NCBI GenBank assembly: GCA_002104945.1
Contig: MCFH01000030.1
Coordinates: forward strand, 310,001-374,000
DNA: 64,000 nucleotides
Reading direction: 5' to 3'
DNA from: Piromyces finnis finn
Lineage: Eukaryota > Fungi > Neocallimastigomycota
This document shows positions 51,444-64,000 of the stretch, one piece after another. The notes below the pieces were generated by a model. The model worked only from the letters and a program-made list of their open reading frames with translations, was not told the DNA's origin and did no database searches. Made by a program: the position numbers and the translations under genes. The first letter of the stretch is position 1; every line of letters starts with the position of its first letter.

Positions 51444-54400
51444 CAATTGAACAGTTATAAAATACTTAATAATTAATAATTAAATTTAAATATATATATA
51501 CAAAGAAAAACAATAGAATTAATTCATTAAAAGGAATCTTTTTTAATAATAAAATTCATATATAATATAATAATTCTATATTAAAAAATAAAAATAAAAG
51601 CCTACAGTTTTATTATCATCAGTATCAAGATCACAAAAGTCATTAGAAGAACATGGAGACAACAAAGAAATCATATGGAATGAATTATCATATTCTATTG
51701 TTGTTATTGTAAATATTAAAAAATTATCAATACCAAAAAATATATAAAAACTTTTATTTATAATTTCATTAAATTTATAATTATTGGTAGATTTAAATAT
51801 CAATATATTTATACATTTTATATAATAAAATTAATCTTGTTTAATAATATATGATAATAAAATTCTTTAAAATTATAATAATGACTATATATATAGACAA
51901 CAAAAAATTATTTGTACTTTTACGATGTTATGAGCGAAAAAAGTCATATATATCAATATAATTTTAGTACACGTCATGAGTATTATAATGAAGAAAATAC
52001 TGGCGTACCAAAAACAAAAATTATATACAAATTCTTTACAAAAATTGATGAAGAAATCAAATGGTTAGTTACTATTTTAAATATTTAAATATATAATTTA
52101 ATATAGAATATTAAATGAAATTGAAATTAGACCATTAACAATCTTGCATATTTTTTTATAAATATTTAAACATTTATCCTGTAAAAAATATATAGTGGAG
52201 TTGAATATGATTATGATATAATATTAGGTACTAATAAATCAATAATAACAATTAAATGGGATGGAAGAATTATCAAAAAAGACCCTATTTATGAAATACC
52301 GTTTTTAGGACTTACTCCAAATGAAGAAAATGGTAATTAAAAAAAAATAGTAATAATATTATTATAAATATATTTCATATATAAGCATATTAATTAAATT
52401 AATGAAGTATGAGCACACAGATTTAATTTTTAATGTAATATTCATATAATATTTAATAATTTTCATATAAATATAAAAAGTATATATTACGCATATATCG
52501 AAGAGTAAAAAGTACTCGTTTTCAACATGGATTTTATCAAATAAATCTGTATTCTTAGTAAGTAAAAATAAGCCTTCATCAGATGATAGCTCGGCAAATT
52601 CACATCTCTGGGTTGGTATTCAATTTTCTATTGATGAAAAATGTACAGGAGATATATGCATTTCAGAATTTCATCCTTTTTATAAAATGATTGCTTTAGG
52701 AACAACAACGTAAAATAATATAAATATATACTAATTCTAGTTAATATAAAGTTTGACTTAATTTTTTTTGTTAACATTATTATTAAAATGTTATAATGGG
52801 TGAATTTATATTATAATGCTTTAAATAGTGGGGACGCTATAGTCTATACTGTTAAAGAAGTTAATGAATTGCCTGAATTCTCACATCATTTATCATTTAC
52901 AAAATCATCTGGTATATACTCAGATATTCAATTAGGGCGTGTTAGTTCATTAGATTGGACTGATGATGGTTATGCTATTGCTATAGGTATGCTCCATTCC
53001 GGCTTTGCTGTATGGAGTATTTATGGACGTTTCTTAATGAGTACTATTACAGAAGATACTATTGCACAATCAAAGTAATTTATGAAAAAAAAAAAGAAAT
53101 ATATATATATATATATTTAATATAATGTATAACATACTAAAATTAAAATTTAATATAAAAAAGAGAAATTTCTGATTATATACAAGATGATTATTTTGCT
53201 GGTGTAAAAGGATTGGTAAGGATTTTTAACTTTCAGAAAATCATAAAAAAGAATACTTATTTATTATATATTACTAAACTAAATAATGATTAAATTTTAT
53301 CCAAAAAATATGCTAGTTTTGGGGTTTAAATGGTTATGAACTTTATCTATTACCAACAATTTCTCTTGATAAAGGTACAATAATATATAATATAAAATAT
53401 CATATTATAAATAGCACATTAACAATCTTTGTTTTCAATATTTATTCATTTCCTTTTTTTTCTTTAGAGTATATTGAAGAAATTTACGTGCTTCAATTTG
53501 TCAAGCACCCATTAATACATTCATTAACACAAGTAATAATATTATTTTATTTTTTATTGTTATAATAATAATTATATCTTTGAAATAAGAAAAAAGAAAA
53601 GATAATAAATTAATAATTCAATTAAATATTATAATATATTCTTTAAAGGACAATTTACATCATTTATATCTTCACAGTTCAAACTCAATATACTTTTCAG
53701 TGGAAAATGACATTAATTCAAGTAATGAAAATCTTAATCTTACACAATGGCAAACTATTCAGGTAAAATTGTTTTAGTATATTCAGTTTCATCAAAGATT
53801 TTTATAGACGAGATGATATTAATTTAAGCATTTAATAATAAAAATAGCTTCCAGAAATGTATTTAGTTCATAATTGGCCAATTAGAGTAATATTTACAAA
53901 TATATAGTGTTAATAACCAATTTTTAACCTATAGTCTAATAATTCTATATTTTATTTTATTATATATATGAAAACATTAAGTATTCTTCGATTGATTATA
54001 CAGGACAATATTTAGCTATGGCTGGTAAACATGGTTTAATTCATTATAGTTTTGTAACTGCAAGATGGAAGCTTTTTGGAAATGTTCAACAAGTAATTAT
54101 AAATATAATAATATACGATGGTTTATCAGTGATATTAAAAAATGTTGAAATGATATTCTATTAATTTTTAGGAACAAAGTGTCACATGTTGTGGTGGATT
54201 AGTATGGTATAAAAACATCATTATATTTGCTTGTAGGAATGAAGAAAATAAGAAATATGAAGTAATATAGCATAAAAAATATTTATTTATTTACTCATTC
54301 ATTCATTTATTAATTTATTTATTTATATCACATCATATATATTTAAAATCTTTTGCTTCTTATCTAAGATAAGATACTATAATAGAGATACCAATCTAGA

Positions 54401-55136
54401 TAATTCAAAAGTTCTTTTTATTGAATATCTTCAAGAAGTTGTTTATATGGATATACTTGAAAATAATTTATTAGTTTATACTATTGACAATAAAATTAAT
54501 CATTTTGTTTTAAATTATGATAGAAAAAGTAGAATATTATAATATATATTATTTACTTTTATTATAAATTTTAAATACTAATCAAAAAATATTCCTTAAA
54601 CTATTTAGAAAATAAGTTAGATGTGACATATTTTTCTGAATTATCTATTGCTGAGTTTGTCGATGATCCAAGGAATGTTAAAAGCATATCATGGTATCCA
54701 GTTAAATTAAGTAAGGATATATAATGATATAATTGTTGGATATAAATTATAAATAATCTCTTTTTAACTTTATAATATTTTAATAATAATAATAAATCAA
54801 CATCAGGTAAACCTGATCCAAAAGAATTGCTAATGTGTCCAATTCTAATATTATATAAAGGACAATTCAAAATTATAGTTAGAGTAAGTTAATTAATTTA
54901 AATAAAATAGAATTCAACGATTAAATTATTTTATTAAGAAATATAATATAATTCTTCAAAAATTAAAATATGTAATTTTAACAAAATAATAAAATAATAG
55001 GAAATAGAAAGAATGTATATTCATCATCTAGCAAAAAATATTGAATACTATTGGACTTCAATTGGATGGGATGTTGAAGTAGGAAAATTATACAATTCAT
55101 TATGGTTGTTTGATGGAAAAGAAATAAAGGTAATTA

Positions 55137-55184
<48 letters not shown>

Positions 55185-58100
55185 TATACATTTAATATAT
55201 ATAATATTTATAAAAAAAATAAAGATGTGGACAAATATATTATTACAAAATGAAATGAATTCATTATGGAAACATGAATCTTTTGCGCAATTAACTACAC
55301 CATCATTTACTTTTAAAGTAGATTTTTGCCCATTATGTAACTATTTTTGATTCTATTTTAGATAAATAATAAATATTTTTATTTATTCTTTCTTTTTTTT
55401 AATTATTCATTTATTTATTTCAAAATTAGTGGTTCTGTTATACAAAGGAATTATTATGGGTGTAAGCCAATCATTATCATTAAAATGTAGTATGGAAATT
55501 GTTTATTTTAAACCAGAAAAGAAATCGCACCTTTTCCTTCCATATTTTATAAAATATCTATTATCCAATAAGTAAAAAATATATTTATTTATACTTTTTT
55601 TATAAATATAATTAAAGTTAAAAAAAAGTTATTACAATCCTTAATATTGAATTGAAAAGAAAAATATCTAACTATTAACTTAATATCAATTTATTAATTA
55701 TTATATATTAAAATTAAAAAATTAATTTTTTCTTCGACAGTATGTATGATGAAGCTGTTAGATTTGTTGATTGCTTCCAAAATCTTGAATATTTTGGACA
55801 TGCCTTAGAATTATTACTACATTATGTCTTAGAAGAAGAAGTTGAAAAAAGAAAGCACAACGATGGAAAAAGTAATATCTTCAATACTCACTAAATCATT
55901 AAATGAGACATAATTTTGAAAATTAGTTGTTAACCTTTTTTTTATTATTATTTTTTATTGTTTATTTATTTTAGGTGAATTACTACAACTTGTCATTAAG
56001 TTTATTAAAAACTATAATCAATACTTTGATATTATTGTTCAATGTGCAAGAAAAACAGAAGTTATGGTTTGGGAATATTTCTTTTCTATCGTTGGTGATC
56101 CTAAAATATTGTTTAAGGTATTTTTTTTATTTATTTTATTTTTATTATTTTTAATCTATAAATAATGAATATCTTTATCTTAAAATAATAATGATTTAAC
56201 ACAAGATATTTTATTCACAAATATTATATATATTTTCTTGTTATTTATAAAAATCATTTCCGTATAATAGCAATGTCTTAGTGATGGCCGTTTAAGAACA
56301 GCAACTTCCTATTTAATTATTATTCAAACTTTAGAACCATTAGAAGTTAGTGAAAAGGTAAAATATATATATATATATATATTTCAAAATGAATACAAAT
56401 GGGAATGTAATATGTATTAAAACAATGAATTAAAATTTATATAAATTTATACAAATAATTATTATCATAACATAAATAGATGGCTGTTGATTTATTAGAA
56501 AAGGCATTTGAAATGGAAGATTACAATGTAAGATTAATAAAAATTTGATTTTTTTTTTTTTTTTTTAGTTTTTTAATAATTAAATTGTTGTTATTTATTT
56601 TCTTTCTTTTTTTTTATAATAATATAAATTTTTTATTAAAGTTATGTCAAGAATTAATTAGATTCCTTTCAACTATTAATGGTAATTTCAACTATTCAAA
56701 ATAATTTAAATACATATATATATTTGTAAATATTAAATTTTTATTATAACAATTCCAATAACATATTATTATAGATTCCGGATATATATTATTCTCAAAA
56801 TTTAATAAAGATGTAGAAACTTCAGAAAATAATTCAACAAAGAATATGTACGATTATATTATATATTAATTTATTGTTCTTAGAATTATTATAACCTATT
56901 GTTTTTTTTATCTTTCTTTAAATAAATATTTTAGAAAACCAAATGAACTTATTCAAGAAACTCAAGTAAATGATAATAATAAAAATAAAATAGTTGAATT
57001 TGATAATATTAGTAATGTTAGTAATGATAATGAAGAAATGTCTGAAGATAAGAAGATTATGGAATTAGAAAAACTTGGTAAAAAGAAGGATGAACAATCC
57101 AAATCATTAATTGAATCTGATTTAGTAAATATTATTAATATTAAATACATTAAAATAATAATAATAATAATAAAAATAATAATAGAATTATTTTAAATTT
57201 TATATTAAATATATTTTTATTTTTATTTTTTTTTTTTTTCAAAACTATATAATTAGATTCATATTGAGGATTTAATAATAAAACAAGCCTATGTTTTATT
57301 ATCACAGAATAAAATACGATCATTAAGTAAAATTGCCCGATTTTTAGGCTTTCCGTTAAAAGAATGGCTTATAAAACTAAGAGAAGAAGAGTACATATAT
57401 TAATATACTAATACTATCAAAAATTTTAAACAATGAGTTTATTTGTTAAATATATAAATTATATATTTAATATTTATTTTTAACTTTCATTTAATCATAT
57501 TTTATTATTCTTTCAATTTACATAAAGGGATAACAGTAAATTTGAGATTGAAAATTGGAATGAAGTTTTTATCTCATTACACGAACAATTTAAATGGCCA
57601 TTACCAGGTAAGTTTTATTATAATAATAAATATTATCAATAGTCGGTTAATTCTAATATTTTTTTTAAAAATAATAATAATAATAATAATAGATGATATT
57701 TTATCTGTAAAGCATTATATTCAAGACTACATAGAAAATATACTTATCATAGACAAAGAAAATGAAAATTTAAATGATAATTTGACAAGTCCATTATCTG
57801 ATAAAGAGAGTGATGGAAGAAATAAATTTATTAAAAAAAGAATTAATTCAAATACCATTCATATTCCTGTCACTAAAAAATTCATTCATAATGAAATTGA
57901 TGAAATAAAGTAAAAACTAATTATTTTAAATATATCTTCAAAAAATAATAATTATTATTATTATATAAAAATATTAAGTAAATAATAACATAATATTATT
58001 TATTTATATTCTTATTTAGCTTTTTAATCCACATTTTCCAGGAAATTAAAATGAATGATTGGGTATTATTATTATCATCATTATCGTTTAATATTCAAGT

Positions 58101-58269
58101 AATTGTTAACACATTATTAAATAGTAACGAAAAACAACAAATTTATATAGAAAAATTAAAAAAAGCATTATTGTATTCCAAAGGGAAAGGATATCCACCT
58201 CTTTTTAATGCTATTAAAGATATTTTAGATAAAAATGAAATAAAACGAAAAGAAAAAGAAGTTGAATAA
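51178..58269 (+). CDS. RIC1: RIC1 (Ric1-Rgp1 GEF subunit for Rab6/Ypt6; many exons)
   Basis: MYYSTGSPK start, [98 protein letters not shown]. Confidence 0.92.
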
Positions 58270-58311
58270 ATAAATAAAAAAAAAATAATAAATTAAATGA
58301 TTTAATATATA

Positions 58312-58351
<40 letters not shown>

Positions 58352-58630
58352 ATAAATCAAAATAAAATATATACAAAATATAAAAGCAAAAAAAAAATAA
58401 TAATATTAATCAATTATAATAGGTTTTCTTATAAAAATGTATATTTCAATTTATAATTTTTCTTCTTTTGGAATATGGTAATATCTTTTATCTAAAAAAC
58501 AGAATATACTTTTTATTTTTTATTTAACAGTGGTAACATTTACTTTATTAGAATTTAATAAAAAAAAAAAATAAACTTTATTAAATATAAATGAATAAAA
58601 AAAGAAAATAGTAATCCTATTAAAAAAGTG

Positions 58631-58800
58631 TTTTTTTTTTTTTAGACTAGGAAGAGATTAAAAAGGTGATAAACTCCATTCTAATAACACAATCATCAAA
58701 CCCTCATATTAAATTTTTGAATACCTTCTTAATAGTAAAAATAGCAAAACAAAAAACACATTTAAATTTTTTATAAAGATTGATTTTTAATAATATATAT

Positions 58801-58808
<8 letters not shown>
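58631..58808 (-). mobile_element. Probable 3' end of a third, B-related LINE family
   Basis: Poly(T)13+agactaggaagaga matches the B 3' terminus (agactaggaaaaga / agactaagaagaga), but the following ~150 bp do not match the B UTR. Confidence 0.45.
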
Positions 58809-58842
<34 letters not shown>

Positions 58843-60291
58843 GGCATCAAATATTTTAAACTTTATTATTAATTTAATTAAAATTATAATACATGTAATA
58901 AAAAAATTAAAATAAAAATAAAAATAAAAAAAAATATGTTTAAATAAACACAAATGAATAAAAATTGGGTATAATGTATTCTAGTAATTTTAATTAAAGT
59001 AAGAAAGCCACTATCATACTAAAGTATAATAATTGTATTTGACTTCCAATGGGACACCGAGCCAAAGATCGAAATTTTGTCATGGAACAAAATTATGATC
59101 TCCATTGGTTGCGCTGGCCCTCCTGGCCTGTCTTACTGTTTCTTCAGCATTGACGCTCTTGGATGTTGCTACAAACCTTTTGAACATTGACCATTGCTGG
59201 CCAATAGCAAAAGGCATGATTTTGGTTAGAAGTTCCGCGGTTACCGTCAAGAATGGTGATCCTTCATTAGTACCAGATTGAATCTGACGCTTACAAAGTT
59301 CTTTCCATTCCCTTGAATTGTAATTAATATTGTTAAAACTTCTTCCCCCAAGAAGGAATTTAAATATTTTACTGCACACACTAGAATAATCATACACATT
59401 AATATTCACCGGATTATTAGAACTATTACTATCATTAACTAAATTACTATCTAAATTAGAATTATTATCTTCACTATTGCTATCATTACTAGTATTATTA
59501 TTTCTATAACTACTATTGTTATTATTACTATTTCTATTATTACTATTGTTACTATTACTATTGTTACTATTACTATTGTAATTATTATTACTACTACTGT
59601 TACTATTACTATTAATGTTATTGCTATCTCTACTGATATTAACATTTTCATTATTATTGATAGGACTATTGGAATTACGTTGGCTGAAAAAATTTAGTAG
59701 CTGGACTATGGAAACATAATATTTAATACGGATATCTCTAAATGTTGGACAATCTAATAACCAATGTTTAATACTTTGATCTCCACACTTGCAACATGGA
59801 CAGTAGTTAGGACAAACTGGATCAACAAATTTAGCAGCTTTGGCAACTCTAGCATCCAACTTATATCCGCTTCTTGCTTTCAATAGCCAGTAGAAGCCAT
59901 AGGCAAACTCTGGGTACTCATAACATAATTTAATAAAATCTTTAGTTTCAATAAATTTATTATCATCATAATATTGCGCTTTGAATGAATTCCCTTTGAG
60001 ATCTTTCCAATAAAAGTTTTTAACTGCTTTAACATCTCCATGTTTCTTTAATTTTTTATCAAGTGTCCTACTTGATTTGCACCACGTGTATTTTCTAAAT
60101 TTAGGAATGTAATTGACAAGGTGTGAGATAATACAATTTGAGTTTTTCCATTTGTTAAAACATCTAACCTGAGCTAACGCACATTTGGCTGACAATGGAG
60201 GAATATTCAAATCTTTTGAAATAGAGTATAAAGATATAAACGATACAGCTTTATGAACTCCGGCAACCCATCGTATTCCTTTGTTAACATG

Positions 60292-60294
<3 letters not shown>
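58809..60294 (-). mobile_element. Family-A LINE 3' segment (~1.45 kb) abutting the poly(A) of the long copy
   Basis: Poly(T)+aatggcatc, full 3' UTR and C-terminal ORF. Its 5' junction (…aagcatg) runs straight into the next poly(T). Confidence 0.92.
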
Positions 60295-60324
<30 letters not shown>

Positions 60325-63300
60325 GGCATCAAATATTTTAAACTTTATTATTAATTTAATTAAAATTATAATACATGTAATATAAAAATTAAAATAAAAT
60401 AAAAATAAAAAAAATATGTTTAAATAAACACAAATGAATAAAAATTGGGTATAATGTATTCTAGTAATTTTAATTAAAGTAAGAAAGCCACTATCATACT
60501 AAAGTATAATAATTGTATTTGACTTCCAATGGGACACCGAGCCAAAGATCAAAATTTTGTCATGGAACAAAATTATGATCTCCATTGGTTGCGCTGGCCC
60601 TCCTGGCCTGTCTTACTGTTTCTTCAGCATTGACGCTCTTGGATGTTGCTTCAAACCTTTTGAACATTGACCATTGCTGGCCAATAGCAAAAGGCATGAT
60701 TTTGGTTAGAAGTTCCGCGGTTACCGTCAAGAATGGTGTTCCTTCGTTAGTACCAGATTGAATCTGACGCTTACAAAGTTCTTTCCATTCCCTTGAATTG
60801 TAATTAATATTGTTAAAACTTCTTCCCCCAAGAAGGAATTTAAATATTTTACTGCACACACTAGAATAATCATACACATTAATATTCACCGGATTATTAG
60901 AACTATTACTATCATTAACTAAATTACTATCTAAATTAGAATTATTATCTTCACTATTGCTATCATTACTAGTATTATTATTTCTATAACTACTATTGTT
61001 ATTATTACTATTTCTATTATTACTATTGTTACTATTACTATTGTTACTATTACTATTGTAATTATTATTACTACTACTGTTACTATTACTATTAATGTTA
61101 TTGCTATCTCTACTGATATTAACATTTTCATTATTATTGATAGGACTATTGGAATTACGTTGGCTGAAAAAATTTAGTAGCTGGACTATGGAAACATAAT
61201 ATTTAATACGGATATCTCTAAATGTTGGACAATCTAATAACCAATGTTTAATACTTTGATCTCCACACTTGCAACATGGACAGTAGTTAGGACAAACTGG
61301 ATCAACAAATTTGGCAGCTTTGGCAACTCTAGCATCCAACTTGTATCCGCTTCTTGCTTTCAATAGCCAGTAGAAGCCATAGGCAAACTCTGGGTACTCA
61401 TAACATAATTTAATAAAATCTTTAGTTTCAATAAATTTATTATCATCATAATATTGCGCTTTGATTGAATTCCCTTTGAGATCTTTCCAATAAAAGTTTT
61501 TAACTGCTTTAACATCTCCATGTTTCTTTAATTTTTTATCAAGTGTCCTACTTGATTTGCACCACGTGTATTTTCTAAATTTAGGAATGTAATTGACAAG
61601 GTGTGAGATAATACAATTTGAGTTTTTCCATTTGTTAAAACATCTAACCTGAGCTAACGCACATTTGGCTGACAATGGAGGAATATTCAAATCTTTTGAA
61701 ATAGAGTATAAAGATATAAACGATACAGCTTTATGAACTCCGGCAACCCATCGTATTCCTTTGTTAACATGCTTCTGAGCAATCCTAGACCTAGCTTTGT
61801 TGGATCCAAGTAATGGTGCAAAGTATGAAACTCTGCTAATCACTTGTGAGTTAAGTACTAGTTTTTTGAAAGGAATAGGAATATTAGGATTTCTTAAGAA
61901 TTTACTGACTGAGAAAAGCCCTTTCAAAACCTTGTTATTAAGAGCTTTAATTACTGGTTTAAGGGACAGATTCTTATCAAATGGAACACCAAGATAAGTA
62001 TAACAATCAGTAGTTGGAATGGGTTGTCCTGCTAAGTAAAATGTTGGATCTCTCTTGTTCTGATTTTCTATTGATTCAGGACGAATCACCATCGTTGAAC
62101 ATTTCTGGATACCAAATTCCATTTCATTATACAATGCCCATTCATTAACTCTTCTAAGCATCTTTTTTAAGCATCCTCTTGTTGGAGCACAAATAACTAT
62201 ATCATCTGCAAAAAGTCCACCACAGCATCGAGTGTCACCTAAACTGACTCCTAGATCTTCGCACTCTCTAAATATATCATTAATAAAGAGATTAAAGAGA
62301 ATAGGAGAAAGAGGGCAACCTTGACGGACTCCTTTCTTCACATCAAAAGATTTCGAGAATTGTCCATCTAATTTGACATTAGCCTTAGATGTTAAATATA
62401 AATTTTTGATAAATTGTAGACTCTTACCTCGGATTCCTAAACAATCTAATTTATGGAGAATATTACCGATTGGGACTGAATCGTATGCTTTCCTGAGATC
62501 TAAAAAGGCCAAATATGTCTCTTTATTATCTAATTGACGTCTACGGCATATTTCTTGGATTGAAATGAAAAGACTAATACTTTCTTCCTTTTTTCGAAAA
62601 CCAAATTGTTCAGGTCTAATGAAATTATTCTTTAGACCATATTCTGAGATTCTAGTGGTGACAATTTTGGAAATCAACTTAATACCATTATTGATAAGTG
62701 ATATACCTCGATAGTTATCACAATCTGTCAAATCACCCTTCTTAGGAATAGAAACAATACTGGATTCATTCCATGAGTTGGGGAAATCTCCATCCCAAAT
62801 ACGGTTGAATAATTTAAGAATAAAATTTAAACCATGAGCATCATTATCTGAAGTAGTATTACCAGAAGAATTATTATCTGTAGCATTATTAGAATCATTA
62901 CTTGATGGAATTAATGCTTTGTAAAATTCAATTGGAATACCAACCGGACCTGATGCTTTATAATTTGGAGTAGTGAGGATAGCTGACTTGACTTCATCAA
63001 TACTAATATCTTGGTTGATATCCCACTCATCAAGCATAGGAAGTGAAAAACGTTTATTCGTTGGTTCTTCATACCAATGCTCCAAATCAAGACTTACACC
63101 ACTTGGGTCTGATGCAAGATTTTCGAAATGATCATGCCACACATCTAGTTGTTCTTCCGTAGCAACAATTAATTCTCCATTTTTATTTTTAATTGGTTGA
63201 GCAATAAAGAAAGAATCTTTTCCAATTTTTGCAGTTTTCTTGATCCATTTCCAGGCCTTCTTAGGATTATGACTCTTCATATACTCACATCCTGTTTTAA

Positions 63301-64000
63301 TCCAATGAAGATATTCTTGCTTCCTAAATTCATTACATCTTTTGTGGATGTAATCAATGAGTTTACGGTAGATTTTAATTCTTTTAATAAATTCATCTAT
63401 ATCATAAATTCTTTCTTTTTTAAATCTCTTATACAACTTCATTTTGATTTTTTGAAGATTAAAAATTTGTTGTGAAATATGAAATGAAGACTTTATAACA
63501 TTATTTGCTGAAGTAATACTGAGCTCGTCTGCAATTGAAAAAGCAGTTGAAGTAAACTCTTTGGAAAGTTCATCTGTAGAAACATTAGGATCGTTGGATT
63601 TTGCTGAAAGTATTTGGAATTTATTATGACTGAGAATAGATTCCTTTTCCTCAATACATTTTAATCTATTCCATTTCAGAATTTTCTTAGGAACATTAAA
63701 GTCATTAGAAAAATCTTCCATAGGAATAATTTTACCATTAATAAGAAGTGGCTTATGGTCTGATACAGGATAAAAATTATTTATAAATGATCCTGAGTGA
63801 ATAAGATCTTTTATCTTCGAATTGATAAGAGCATGGTCAATGTCGGAAGATTGATCACCTCGAGTCCAAGAGATAGTAGACCCTCTAAGCGGAAGAATTT
63901 CCCAATCTCCTAATCCATTAGTTGATAACCAGTTGGATAATTTTACTTTAGACATATTAAAATCACCAACAAGAATCGATGGATGGGATGAATGAGTTTG
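60295..64000 (-). mobile_element. Long family-A LINE, running off the window end
   Basis: Poly(T), ~240-bp 3' UTR and an uninterrupted ORF. Confidence 0.95.
60560..64000 (-). CDS. Family-A APE-RT-CCHC polyprotein (5'-partial, no stop or frameshift in the window)
   Basis: The frame stays open upstream of the annotated Met (QTHSSHPSILVGDFN). Motifs SDIDH, SDHKP, YRGISL, QFGFR, DLRKAYD, RQGCPLSP, FADD, YLG, CPCC..H..LDC. Confidence 0.93.
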   Translation of the reverse strand, partial: QTHSSHPSILVGDFNMSKVKLSNWLSTNGLGDWEILPLRGSTISWTRGDQSSDIDHALINSKIKDLIHSGSFINNFYPVSDHKPLLINGKIIPMEDFSNDFNVPKKILKWNRLKCIEEKESILSHNKFQILSAKSNDPNVSTDELSKEFTSTAFSIADELSITSANNVIKSSFHISQQIFNLQKIKMKLYKRFKKERIYDIDEFIKRIKIYRKLIDYIHKRCNEFRKQEYLHWIKTGCEYMKSHNPKKAWKWIKKTAKIGKDSFFIAQPIKNKNGELIVATEEQLDVWHDHFENLASDPSGVSLDLEHWYEEPTNKRFSLPMLDEWDINQDISIDEVKSAILTTPNYKASGPVGIPIEFYKALIPSSNDSNNATDNNSSGNTTSDNDAHGLNFILKLFNRIWDGDFPNSWNESSIVSIPKKGDLTDCDNYRGISLINNGIKLISKIVTTRISEYGLKNNFIRPEQFGFRKKEESISLFISIQEICRRRQLDNKETYLAFLDLRKAYDSVPIGNILHKLDCLGIRGKSLQFIKNLYLTSKANVKLDGQFSKSFDVKKGVRQGCPLSPILFNLFINDIFRECEDLGVSLGDTRCCGGLFADDIVICAPTRGCLKKMLRRVNEWALYNEMEFGIQKCSTMVIRPESIENQNKRDPTFYLAGQPIPTTDCYTYLGVPFDKNLSLKPVIKALNNKVLKGLFSVSKFLRNPNIPIPFKKLVLNSQVISRVSYFAPLLGSNKARSRIAQKHVNKGIRWVAGVHKAVSFISLYSISKDLNIPPLSAKCALAQVRCFNKWKNSNCIISHLVNYIPKFRKYTWCKSSRTLDKKLKKHGDVKAVKNFYWKDLKGNSIKAQYYDDNKFIETKDFIKLCYEYPEFAYGFYWLLKARSGYKLDARVAKAAKFVDPVCPNYCPCCKCGDQSIKHWLLDCPTFRDIRIKYYVSIVQLLNFFSQRNSNSPINNNENVNISRDSNNINSNSNSSSNNNYNSNSNNSNSNNSNNRNSNNNNSSYRNNNTSNDSNSEDNNSNLDSNLVNDSNSSNNPVNINVYDYSSVCSKIFKFLLGGRSFNNINYNSREWKELCKRQIQSGTNEGTPFLTVTAELLTKIMPFAIGQQWSMFKRFEATSKSVNAEETVRQARRASATNGDHNFVP

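Noticed and set aside
55139-55185. (TAT)n run giving poly-Tyr in the ORF track
   Set aside because: Intronic microsatellite downstream of a GT donor in RIC1.

Overview
Very AT-rich, intron-rich eukaryotic DNA. A secreted CotH protein with two fungal dockerins, plus the ciliary genes BBS7 and CDKL, points to an anaerobic gut fungus (Neocallimastigomycota); this is inferred from gene content. Eleven host genes are supported: a 5'-partial gelsolin-repeat protein, BBS7, USB1, a ROCK/MRCK-like kinase, CotH-dockerin, RIX1/PELP1, a secreted 15-aa-repeat protein, an Mbp1/Res-type APSES-ankyrin factor, a CDKL kinase, a TM-SH3 protein and RIC1. About a quarter of the window is two clusters of APE-RT non-LTR retrotransposons (17.8-29.0 kb and 58.6-64 kb), from two families (A and B) plus a possible third. 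Target-site duplications (TSDs) resolve the first cluster as five insertions nested three deep. The most notable observations are: LINE-in-LINE stacking; family-A 5' junctions clustered about 1.5 kb from the poly(A), including a head-to-tail dimer; structured ~200-bp 5' monomers on a TSD-bounded single-ORF LINE; a U12-type AT-AC intron in BBS7; and HR1-like plus C1 domains inserted in a split PH domain of the kinase. All analysis was by eye. Exon and repeat boundaries are approximate unless exact positions are given.
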